A DNA stretch of 63,449 nucleotides, counting the filler, from Salisapilia sapeloensis CBS 127946 (Eukaryota > Protista > Oomycota): the NCBI GenBank assembly GCA_023334545.1. It is 8 parts of 8 records of this genome, joined end to end, with 100 filler letters (N's around TTAATTAATTAA, not from the genome) between each part and the next. Parts side by side here need not be neighbours in the genome. Positions count along the whole stretch, not along the records: positions 10,263 to 30,865 come from JAADVB010000296.1; positions 30,966 to 44,083 come from JAADVB010000399.1; 6 more parts are not named here. The stretch is one strand, 5' to 3'. A program made the translations under genes and the position numbers. This document shows, one piece after another, positions 22,470 through 32,318 of the stretch; the first letter of the stretch is position 1, and every line of letters starts with the position of its first letter. The notes beneath the pieces are model-generated. The model saw only the letters and a program-made list of their open reading frames with translations, was not told the origin of the DNA and made no database searches.

Positions 22470-24836
22470 CTACTTGTTTTCCTTCTTCTCCCACTTTTCA
22501 TACTCTTGCGTCAAATCACTACTGAGTCCTTCCTTCCACCGCAGCGAGTTCAGCGCAGTGTACGCCATACTCTTCACCCGCATCTTGGCCTTACCCGTTC
22601 TCGTCTCCGGCAAGGCGCTCGTGTCGAGACAGATGACACCAGGAACGTCGAACATGTCGCTGTAGCCCATGCCAAAGACGATCGCGCCTGGACCCCACTC
22701 CTTGACGTAGTTCTCCAACTGCTTCGCGATCAGTTTCTTGCCGACCAAGTGCGCTCCGTAGTAGTTCTTGGCATCCACCCATCGGATTGGCGTTCCGTTC
22801 ACTTCGACCGGATCCAGCAGCAAGAGGTCGGGAGACAGCACTCTTCGTCCATGCGTTTCGATCTGTTCTAATCCAAGGTCCTCCTCTGTCTTCACTCGGA
22901 TGCCCTGGGAGCGGAAGTAGTGCTCGATCGTGACTTCGAGACTGTCCTTGTTGTACTCTGGTGGACCGAGGAACGGGTCGCTCCGATGCAAACTGTCGTA
23001 GTTGGAGGCTCGACGCAGCTGGTGCTGATCTCTTGACGTCAAGAGCTCACTCTGAGAGTTCAAAGCTCTCTTGATCTGAGTAGTAGAGAAGCCTCGATGC
23101 CTCAGAATGATCCGCAATAGACTTACAGGAGGGTAGTTGTGCGTCTTGGAGAGAGAGATGAGACTCGTTCCGCTCTCATACTGGTCGCTAATGGTCTGCA
23201 CTTCCCTCCGTACGCGATGCGTGTTCACAAGTAGGCTCATACGCTGCAGCTGCTTCCTCAAGTTCATCGTGACGTTCGTGGTGATCGGAAGCATCTGCAG
23301 GAGACTGTCGATCCTGTTCACTTGCTTTCGACTCATACGCTTGAATGTCATGCTTTCCTGTCGAAGGATGAGTCCCGCAGCCTGCGTCTCCAGTAGCTGA
23401 GGAATCGGTTGGGCGTCCCACTCCAGTCGACGTACGGGCAGCCCACTGTCTTTGAACTGCTCTGACGTTCGTTTCAAAAGGGCGTCCCATTGCCCAAAGT
23501 CACTCTTCTTCGGGAACAGAGCCGTGTTGATGTCGGCTAGGACTGCATGCATGGCAAAGCACGGGTCTAGTCCGACTGCACGGACGCCTTCCATGACCGT
23601 CAGCGCCTTATCTTTGCGTCCTGTCTCAAGAGACGTGAGAGACGAGATCTCCGGCTCGACTCCTGCTAAGCGCATTTCCATGAGCAGATCGAAGAAGGCT
23701 TCCGAGTCCCATATACGAGACGCTTGATGCAGCCAGAAGGTGTACGTCGTCCGGTGGACCTTTCGATGAAGACGGAGCTCTTGGAGGACAGCCACAGCGC
23801 CAGACAAGTACTTTTTCTTCTCGCAAATCGTCAATAGTCGATCGAGGTCCTGCAATGACAGCTTCAGACCAGCTCTCTCCATCGTCCGCCATAGATCGAC
23901 ACCTTCCACAGCAGCGTTCGTCTTCTCACATAGGTCCAACAGAGACATGAACGTCGTCGTTTCAATCTTTCGTCCTTGGGAGATCATGTCTTGGAGAATG
24001 TCGAGGGCGTCTCGAGCACGACCGGCTTCCAGACACGACTCGACGCCTCGCAACATGAACTTTTCATCCAGAGAAGCGTTGCCGTATTTTCGGAAGAGCT
24101 CAAAGAGTTCATGACCGCGCTCAAAAGATGACATCTCCTGTAGCTGATGTGCCATGTTTGCAATCGTCACTGCTGGCGGCAGAGCTTCTTGCATCTCTTT
24201 GATCTCTAGCAGCTTTTGAGTCACTTTTTCATGCTCCGATAGCTTTCCCTTCTTGCCTTTCGGCTTGTCTGCGTTGTCTCCAGTCTTTTGTTTAGCTCCT
24301 TTATCACTTGCAGAGCCCTCATCTATTGATGTTAGCACTGAACTCGACTGCTTTGTCTTTTTTGCATGGTTGGACGTGCCATTGTCTCCGTCTTCATTCT
24401 TGATGACGTTCATTACAACGTCTTCAACTTCTTCTAATTGATCATCATTGAAGGCTGATGCTGCCTTGTTACCTGGTCCCTTTACAGAGGATTGGTCATT
24501 GCTAGTGGCATCCCCAGCAGCCTTTGCCTCTCCTTTCTCATCGGTTTTGGGCGTGTCTGTTTCTTTGGAAGCACTCTCAGCAACTGCATTGGTGACATCC
24601 ACCTTCTGGCTGTTCGCTTCGTGCTGCATTGTTGGATGTATGGTCTTAGTTGCCTCAGCACGTGCATGCTTTTTCTTTAAATGCTTGGCCTTGCGCTTCT
24701 TTTTCCCACGAGGAGGCTTACTTGCAGTCGTTTCCACACTTGCATCTGCAACTGACTGTGTCGACAGAAAGCGTATGGGACCGGACGGTCTCGCCAGTCC
24801 TCGTATATGAGCAGCTCGGACGGCGGAACGAAGCAT
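22470..24836 (-). CDS. Putative mitochondrial PPR protein with C-terminal CDIN1/C15orf41(TPD)-like PD-(D/E)xK nuclease domain
   Basis: Presequence-like MLRSAVRAAHIRGLARPSGPIRFLST; four tandem 34-35 aa PPR-like repeats at 23649-24065; C-terminal LISLSKTHNYPPVSLLRIIL, TEEDL, SPDLLLLDPVEVNGTPIRWVDAKNYYG, QLENYVKEWGPGAIVF. Confidence 0.8.
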   Translation of the reverse strand: MLRSAVRAAHIRGLARPSGPIRFLSTQSVADASVETTASKPPRGKKKRKAKHLKKKHARAEATKTIHPTMQHEANSQKVDVTNAVAESASKETDTPKTDEKGEAKAAGDATSNDQSSVKGPGNKAASAFNDDQLEEVEDVVMNVIKNEDGDNGTSNHAKKTKQSSSVLTSIDEGSASDKGAKQKTGDNADKPKGKKGKLSEHEKVTQKLLEIKEMQEALPPAVTIANMAHQLQEMSSFERGHELFELFRKYGNASLDEKFMLRGVESCLEAGRARDALDILQDMISQGRKIETTTFMSLLDLCEKTNAAVEGVDLWRTMERAGLKLSLQDLDRLLTICEKKKYLSGAVAVLQELRLHRKVHRTTYTFWLHQASRIWDSEAFFDLLMEMRLAGVEPEISSLTSLETGRKDKALTVMEGVRAVGLDPCFAMHAVLADINTALFPKKSDFGQWDALLKRTSEQFKDSGLPVRRLEWDAQPIPQLLETQAAGLILRQESMTFKRMSRKQVNRIDSLLQMLPITTNVTMNLRKQLQRMSLLVNTHRVRREVQTISDQYESGTSLISLSKTHNYPPVSLLRIILRHRGFSTTQIKRALNSQSELLTSRDQHQLRRASNYDSLHRSDPFLGPPEYNKDSLEVTIEHYFRSQGIRVKTEEDLGLEQIETHGRRVLSPDLLLLDPVEVNGTPIRWVDAKNYYGAHLVGKKLIAKQLENYVKEWGPGAIVFGMGYSDMFDVPGVICLDTSALPETRTGKAKMRVKSMAYTALNSLRWKEGLSSDLTQEYEKWEKKENK

Positions 24837-24930
24837 TGCTCGCACTGATCTACACTGCGGTTTTGGTGGTCTCGGTGGTTTCTCTTACAAAAACAAAGAC
24901 AAAATAAAACCTCCAAATTAACTATTCCAT

Positions 24931-24991
24931 CCAATCACGCTACATAATAAGAATCTAATTAATGGCGCCAGATTTTAAAACTCGCGGGAAA
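24931..24991. promoter_or_regulatory. Bidirectional promoter with CCAAT, E2F-like and CHR-like sites
   Basis: CCAAT 24931-24935, TGGCGCCA 24963-24970, TTTAAA ~24974-24979, GCGGGAAA (=TTTCCCGC) 24984-24991; lies between divergent ATGs at 24836 and 25012. Confidence 0.5.
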
Positions 24992-25011
24992 AGCACTCTA
25001 CGACACTAAGC

Positions 25012-27265
25012 ATGAGCTCCGAGGCGCTCGCGTTGGAAACACAGCTACTGCTGCAGGAGGTCACCCATGCCAACCCATTGGACTCGTATGATGGTGCAGT
25101 CTCCGGATCGGCTTATGATGCAGAGGAAGGGCGTGAGGAACCTGCGTATACCGAGGTAGAGCTCGCCAAGCAGAGTCTCGTGGAAAAGCTGCGCAAGAAG
25201 AGAGAGATGAACATGGAAAAGCAGCGCAAGGTGCATGAAAAGCGCTTTGGTTTTACGCTTGATGAGTCAAAAGCACAGGATGCGAGTGGACAGAATGGCA
25301 ATGCAGAGCAAGCTGAAAATACGTATCGAACGCCCGCTCCCAAGGAACCACAGACACGGCCGATCAACCTCCCAGTTGCTACATCCAGTCGATTCAGTAC
25401 TTCCCAAAAGCAGCAAAAGATGCTTAGCAAATTCCGCGCTCAAGCCATTGAGCAAGGTACTATTTTATCATTTATAAGCTTTTCATCTAGATTCTGACTT
25501 GTCCTGTAGGTTCCCAAGAAATGGCCAAGCTCTTTGGTTACAACTCTTTCGAAGAGCAGTTGCAATATCTCACAAAGCTAGAAAAACGAAAGCTTTTGGC
25601 TGCTCAGAGAGGTGAAGTCCAGATGACTTCCCAGCCTCCTCAGGTCATGGACGAGGAGGAGGATGACTCGGACTACGTACCGGAAGAAGAGCAGCCAGAG
25701 CAGTCAGAAGTACCCAAACAGCCAGTACAGTCAGAGACAACGCCTGAACCATCCAACACTATTACAGAAACCAACCTTTCTACGACTGAAACTCCAACAA
25801 AGACAGTTTCTAGCCCCAAGAAGATCTCATCTCCCACCTCAAAACGATCTCCGAAGCCAAGTCCAAAGGCAGCTGAGGCAGAGGATGGGAATGAAGCTGA
25901 TGGTGAGCATGAGGAAGAAGCGCAGAGTACGAAGCCAGCCAAGGACAGGAACGCCACGTACCGTGCTTTGCTGGAAGAGGAGGCTCGGTCCTACCGTCGT
26001 CAGCGGAAGGACAAGAATCGAGGCGACTGGCTAGAAGATGAAGCCGAGGAAGACGAGGAAGAAGAGAATGCTCTGCACATCCAAGGTCTAGGCGACTACG
26101 GTTTTGGCGTGGCGAGACCGCAGACAGCAGCAGAGAAAGAGGCTGCAGAAGAACGGAACGCGTTGAATGTTCGGAAGGAAGACCTAGATGGCATTGTGGA
26201 CGAACTGTCGGACGATGAAGCCAAGGCGGCAGCGGACCTGGACGAGATCTTCCGACAGGAGAGTGAAAAGAGAGATCAGGAGCAGGTGCAGGCGGTCATG
26301 CGAAACGTCAAGGAAGGTTATGGACGTAATCGACGAGCGTTCGGTAGTCATGTTGGCGCAGACGGAGCTCGAGGTCGGTTCAATTTGAACGACCTGGTGG
26401 CTGCGGATGGAGATCGAGACGAAGCCAAGCGCCTGGGACTTTTAGAAAGTGATGAGGAAGAGGAAAAAGAAGAGAAGGAGAAAGAGGATGAGGAAGCAGA
26501 GCTAGAGAGGCGGTTGCGAGAACGATACGAGAACCAGCCGCAGATCTACATTACGTCTTCCGAGTCGGAAAATGAAGAGGAGGAAGAGGAGGAGAAGAAG
26601 GAGGAGCAGGAGGATTCGGATGAAGAACGAGAGAAGCGTCAGATGAAGAGCTTTTCGGAGAAGGCGAGGATTAACCGACGCATGCAGCGTATGCGACTGG
26701 CACAGGAACAGGGTGGGAAGAAGAACAAGAAGGAGGAGAAGAATTGGTTGCTGGACGATGAAGAGGAAGACCACGAGGTACAAAATGTTGGTAGATTTCT
26801 ATAAGAGGATGTTTATTAATGCTTCGTAGCTTTTAAAAGTGCTACAGCAGAAAAAGCAGCGTTCTGGTGAAGGAGAGACAGTCTCGACAGATCGGGTGCA
26901 GAGCTTTAGCTACACTAAGTCGGCGTCCTTCGCGACAGTCGCAGACAAGTGTCAGCTTTTTTCCAACTCGGTACGAGTTCTACTACTCTTCTACTCTTCT
27001 GTACCTAACGTGTTGTAAATAGGGAGTGCAAGGTCGATCGTTTGTCTTTACGTCGTCCACGGAGGACGCTTCTAGCCAGTTACCGGAAGGAGAGCAGGCG
27101 ACTCCGGCTGAATTACAGAAGAGCAAGAGCTGGAGTGCTGGCGTGAAACGGTCTCATCCACAGAAGACTTCCAGCAGGAAAAAGGCCAAGGCGAGTAACT
27201 TTTTCTCGGCCCTCCAAAGCTTTGACTGCGCTCCGCAGACGACCAGTAGTTGCCTGGAACAGTAA
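25012..27265 (+). CDS. Mrc1/claspin-like replication checkpoint mediator (4 exons)
   Basis: Introns 25457-25509, 26778-26829 and one near 26970-27022; very acidic; WLEDEAEEDEEE..GLGDYGFG..DLDGIVDELSDDE..EKRDQEQVQAVMRNVKEGYGRNRR resembles the MRC1-like domain. Confidence 0.7.
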
Positions 27266-27473
27266 TATACATGTCGATTACTTCAACCTGTTGCTAGAGG
27301 GTAGCAGACAGGCGGAAGCGAACGTCTCCTTAGGCTACTATCTAGCCAATCGGAGCCATATGCCATCTATTTCATACCTAAAAATCCACTTTTGCAGTAA
27401 ACGAGTCGGTTTTGTTACGTCACTCGTAGCTGTCGTCAGCGACTTGAGCTCCGAGCATTCTTCCGCTACCTGC

Positions 27474-28677
27474 ATGGCCACGCCCATCGACTTTCGGAAC
27501 TTGTCAGACATGAACGACGACAGTGCGTCCGCTTCACTCGCTCTAGACTCTTTGGATACTGTCTCCGGGTCTGCGAGTGCCTCCGGGAGCGCTGGGATAG
27601 AACCGATTCCAGTCGGGGAAGACGCGTCTGGAAGCGGCGACGCAGACACGTGCTCGTACTATCGACTGGGTGAAAACGACAAGTGTCGAAAGCCCCGAAG
27701 CTGTCGAGACTGTCTGAACGAACGACTATCAAAGCAGGTAAAGCGCTGCGTTTCAGTGGATAGCCATGGCACACGTCCTTCATGTATATTTTTAACGCCA
27801 GTGCATGCTCCTTTCATGTCTACTAATTGGATGCAGCACTACACCTACTAATATTCTTTAATGGCAGTCTCTCACTCTACCTGTATAGGGATGCGTATTG
27901 AGCCCGTCCGGCTTTTGCCAGACCATGGACAGGTACCCTTACTCAGCCGACTACCGACGCAACGTGACTGCGGCGGGGCTGAACGGAACCCAGCAGGGAG
28001 GCTGGTACAACTACTACCCTTCCAGTAACACAACCTACTGCAACGCGGATGATGAGGCTTGTATTGAATGCAGGTCCTTGGGCCAATCCGGATCCTTGGT
28101 CTATAAGAAGTCCAAGCCGTATAATGTCACTGAGCAGCAGTTCCGACATTTCTGTCTCGGCACCGACGGCTGTGTCTGTCTCGCAGTGTGCGAGTCGCCC
28201 GACTGGGGAAAGTCTTTGCCAGAGGACTGTCCGCTGACAGGAGGGTCGTCCTCGGATTCGTCCGACAGCAGCAATGGCGTCGGGTACTACGGTGCAATCT
28301 TCCCTCTCTTCATGTTCGCCCAGTTTCTCGTTCTGGGTGTCTTCGTATACCGTCGGATGCGTCAGAACCGACTGGAGCGAGCACGACGGGATAACCAGAC
28401 GGTCGGCCCGTACAACAACGCAGACGTCATCACATCTCCTTCCAACCGACTGCAGCTGACAGGCTGGAGGCAGCAACAGAAAGACCTTATCGACAAGGAA
28501 AAGCGGAAAGTTGCCTACGTCAATCTGAACACGCCGCACCACGCAACGCAGGACGTGAACCACCTGTCGGATGACGAGACACGCGAGCACAAAGACAGCG
28601 ACGGAGACAACTCGATCGCGATGCTTTCGCCAGGATCCGACCGACATCGATCCAACTCTCAATACGACACACTCTAA
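27474..28677 (+). CDS. Cys-rich single-pass membrane protein, paralog A
   Basis: Intron 27738-27888; CRKPRSCRDCLN..GC, YPSSNTTYC..DEACIEC, FCLGTDGCVCLAVCES, TM AIFPLFMFAQFLVLGVFVY, tail RLQLTGWRQQQ. Start could be upstream at 27360. Confidence 0.75.
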
Positions 28678-28906
28678 CGATACACTTGGAGTAGAAGACG
28701 AGCAAACATCGTAGTATTTCCACGAGAATATATAAGTTTTGGAGACGAGACCGAATGGGTACAGCACGTGCCACATGATTGGCAGAAAACGTACACGCAA
28801 TATGGTAATTGGCTGAAAGGATGTTGGATACATTGAAGTTGTGCTGCCAGACTTCGATTTTCGTCCAGGAGCAGATTTGCACGTGACCAGCTTACAGGAA
28901 GCCAGG

Positions 28907-29766
28907 ATGTCTGGCTCCGAGGAGAGTGTTAGGTTCCATACGGCTTGCGGACACTACCCGATGGAGGAGGGATCGAACTGTCGAAAACCTCGCACGTGCT
29001 ACGACTGCTTGAATGTTCCGGTTGATACAAAGCACACGGTAGCTGCGTTTATAGTTTGGAATATAGTCTTGATTTATCTGTAGTCGTAGGGCTGTGCGAT
29101 CGACCCTTATAATGCTACATGTGTGCGGATGGAGGAGTACAATTGGACCTTGGATTATGCGATCCAAAATACCTCTGAAGTATATAGAAGCCCATTCTTG
29201 CTTGGCAATTGGTACAATTCATTTGCGTCAGAGAACGCCACCTACTGTGAGCCAGAGGATAGTGCTTGTAAAGAATGCAGATCCATCGCAGAGGAGCTTG
29301 CTGAGAACCATACATTCTCCGAAAATTCGACCAAGTATTGCCTTGGTAAAGACGGATGTGTGTGCGTCCTTGCGTGTGAGTCCCCAAACTGGATCCATCG
29401 GACGCCTGTTGTCTGTGAACACGACAGTGGCTCTATCGACAGCGACGGCGCTTTCCAACTAAATTACCATCTCCTATGGTTTTTACTATTGATCCCTTTT
29501 GCCATGATAGCGATCTGCGTGCGAGTGTATAACATCGTGAGAAAAGGTGCGTATCCAATACACGAGCACCATTTTAATCCAATCCTTACTTTACACCGTT
29601 CTACGCAGTCGAGGAGAGACAGCGAGCTGACAATGAAGTCCGGGCTGCCCGTCGTAATCGTTTCCGCCTCGGCTTATCTCAATGGCGGGAGCTACAGCAA
29701 GAGGCGATCGCATATGAGACGCAGCGCAGTCCTTCCAGTAACTACATCAAGCACACATTGGAATGA
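28907..29766 (+). CDS. Cys-rich single-pass membrane protein, paralog B
   Basis: Intron 29039-29089 and a second intron after the TM; CRKPRTCYDCLN..GC, FASENATYC..DSACKEC, YCLGKDGCVCVLACES, TM LLWFLLLIPFAMIAICV; spliced tail RLGLSQWRELQQ matches paralog A. Confidence 0.75.
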
Positions 29767-30010
29767 CTGCTGCAAGATATTTGTATGCGTTGCATACTTT
29801 TGAATTTGTTGAAATGTAATGGAAACATTGTCTTGATGGAAAAAGACTTGTATGTATTTTTAGAGTCGATGGGACTCCTGTGGAAGACTTGGGCCGTGGA
29901 AGAAAGTTGGTGTACTAATACAGGAGTCGATAAAAGCCAGTTTGCATGCTACCGTGACCTTTGCATTGATTCGCAAAGTCTCTCTTTGCACACGAACTAT
30001 CTTTGCACGG

Positions 30011-30865
30011 ATGACCATGTTCGCAGCGTTTCTGCTTCCTAAAGTTGAAGCGATTTTACTCGCTAGCGCAATCTTAGCTTGGTTGATTGACCTTCCTGAT
30101 ATACCACGTACCGAAGCAGCAGATGTACCTTCATTGGAAATGCCTACTACGGTTCTGGTCAATATCAACTTGGACTCGGAGGTAGCTCCGACTGGGATCT
30201 ACAACGGAGAGTACGAGCTGGTGGATCGACAAAAGCAAATCTACACACTAGAATTGGAGACAGCACATCTGTACTTCTCCTTAGCTCTACGTAAGCAACA
30301 ACTGGTAGATGGTGTCGAGGTCATGTCGTGGTCACTTCGAGGAGAATTTTGTGCTCCTGGAAAGATAGATTGCAGCGAATTCATGACAGCGCAAGTAGAA
30401 AGTAACAATGATAATATCTATTCTGCGCAGGCGGAGGAGAGAGGGACTCTACTTATAAACACAGTAACGTCAGAGTCGATCGAAGTCCACTATAGTCGAG
30501 AACTGCAGTCGGACTCATTTGCACCAGCTCCTACTTTTCCTAGCACGTTTACTGTCTTCTACGACTGTGCATTCGCAGGAAGCGACTGGTGCTGCAAAGA
30601 ATCAAACCAAAATGGAGATCAATCACAATGTTGGAACACAAACTCGTGCGAGAAGAATACAGGTTTCAATGGGCTCAACTTTGTCTGCTGTACGAGCAAT
30701 TGGTCTGAATGCGTTACGACCTATGAGCAACCTCTTCCATCATCACCCAGTCCATCACCGGAGCCGACGGAAGAAGGCCCTGTCGGGGGTATGCTAGAAG
30801 ATGAACCTACACCGACACCAACACCGATACCGACTCCAACGCCTACGCCAACTTCGACTCCGACA
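30011..30865 (+). CDS. Secreted or surface protein with Cys-rich domain and Pro/Thr mucin-like repeats, 3'-truncated
   Basis: Hydrophobic N-terminus MTMFAAFLLPKVEAILLASAILAW, Cys cluster (DCAF..WCCKE..QCW..SCE..VCC..EC), PSPSPEPT and (PT)n running into the linker. Confidence 0.65.
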
Positions 30866-30965
30866 NNNNNNNNNNNNNNNNNNNNNNNNNNNNNNNNNNN
30901 NNNNNNNNNTTAATTAATTAANNNNNNNNNNNNNNNNNNNNNNNNNNNNNNNNNNNNNNNNNNNN
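30866..30965. other. Artificial contig linker
   Basis: 44 N + TTAATTAATTAA + 44 N. Confidence 0.97.
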
Positions 30966-31106
30966 GGACCCACTAGCTGCTCGCCGTGCTTCTTCGCCAC
31001 CTTGAAGCACTCTTCGGCAGACTTGCGCACGAGCTGCGGCTCGTACGATGAAAAGTCCGAGTTCTGGACAAAGTCCTCGTACGCCAGTGGCGACGGAAAG
31101 TGGACC
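30966..31106. repeat. 141-nt terminal inverted repeat of contig 5, left copy (inverted NAA35 coding fragment)
   Basis: Exact reverse complement of 43943-44083, then one mismatch and 14 further matching nt. Confidence 0.95.
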
Positions 31107-31454
31107 AGTCGGAACGCCCCAGAGTGATGCGCACCTTGGATGTGCCAGCGCTGACGGTATCTTTATGCTATGATTGTTGCGTCCACGATGTCGCAACAGT
31201 TGGGATAGTAAGACACAAGAAGGACAAAACGAAAGTCTGAACGACGACATGCGATTTCAACCGGAAGGAGCTGTACCAATGTAGACCAGACGCTCAGACC
31301 TGTTCAGTCAACAATCCGTCGAACCCCTCTCCATCCCGCCTCCTGTACCAACGAATCAGTAGCAATGTAGACAAGGAGAAGCATACTCGCGACCGAGATG
31401 CCGTCCAGAGAGTGTTTTAATTAGCTAGTTATACAACGTGTCCATCCGCCTGGG

Positions 31455-32048
31455 CTATAATTTCTTCTCGAGGGTCTTAGATCCCCGACGGCTGTGTTTC
31501 TTACTAGGTCGTGATCGAGATCGTGGTATCTGTGGTAGTTTGTCCAATCCGATCTCATCCTCGACGAACAGATCGCGGAATGTCTTCTTCGGTTTAGCAC
31601 TCCGAGTGTCTCTCGGATCTCCATCACTGTCGTAGTAGGTATCCAGTGTCTGTCGAATCACTTCTCGTCTCGGAGGTTCCTGCTGGATAACCTTGACTCG
31701 TTCTAGAGAAGAGGCTTCTTGACGACGCAGTCGGTCGTACTCTTCCGCTTCCTGTGTCTGTAGCTCCAGAGCAAAGATGTAGTCCGGATCATCTTCGCCT
31801 GACTCGGTGCGTAGTGGCAAAGGTACCTTTTGCTGGACGACGCTCATGGCGCCGCCTTCAGAGCAAGGGACTTCCACAAAGCACCAGGCGCCGTTGTCGC
31901 CAAAGCGCTGTGCTAGCTCTTCTTCCCACTGCTCCTCTTCTTCCTTCTGTAGCTTCGCAGCGAGCTCTTCACCCATCACATCGTTGAGACGAATGGAAGA
32001 TGAATGCGCGTGATGAGAGTCACTTGATCCCCAAACATTATCTGCCAT
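31455..32048 (-). CDS. Protein resembling the RIOK3 N-terminal region, no kinase domain seen
   Basis: WG..IRLNDVMGEELAAKLQKEEE and DPDYIFALELQTQEAEEYD recall RIOK3 SLADVMSEQLAKELQ and DLMLAQMLQMEYDREYD; stop at 31455. Confidence 0.5.
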   Translation of the reverse strand: MADNVWGSSDSHHAHSSSIRLNDVMGEELAAKLQKEEEEQWEEELAQRFGDNGAWCFVEVPCSEGGAMSVVQQKVPLPLRTESGEDDPDYIFALELQTQEAEEYDRLRRQEASSLERVKVIQQEPPRREVIRQTLDTYYDSDGDPRDTRSAKPKKTFRDLFVEDEIGLDKLPQIPRSRSRPSKKHSRRGSKTLEKKL

Positions 32049-32318
32049 GTTGCCTATTCTACACTGAATTCTTCGTAGCGTCCTCGCGCCCTCGATGCTG
32101 CGCTCTGCGTAGTAGCACGGTGGGTAGTTTTCTTGTTCGAGACGTATGGCCCCAGACCTTCACTCATGCCGTACTGATTTATTCCTTGTTTAGACCTCGA
32201 TTCATTCTCCTGCTTTACAATTGGCTGTCTCGTAATTTTAGACACTAGACGAATACTTCAAGCACAAAAAAGAAAAGAAAAGTGCGGGTGGATTTCAAAA
32301 AAGTATTTAAATGGAAAC

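Noticed and set aside
27943-28833. 296-aa minus-strand ORF
   Set aside because: Antisense to Cys-rich paralog A, whose frame is validated by conservation with paralog B.
29123-29803. ORF-track C-terminus of paralog B (to 29803)
   Set aside because: Splicing after the TM gives RLGLSQWRELQQ, matching paralog A, with a stop at 29766; the unspliced tail is probably intron read-through.
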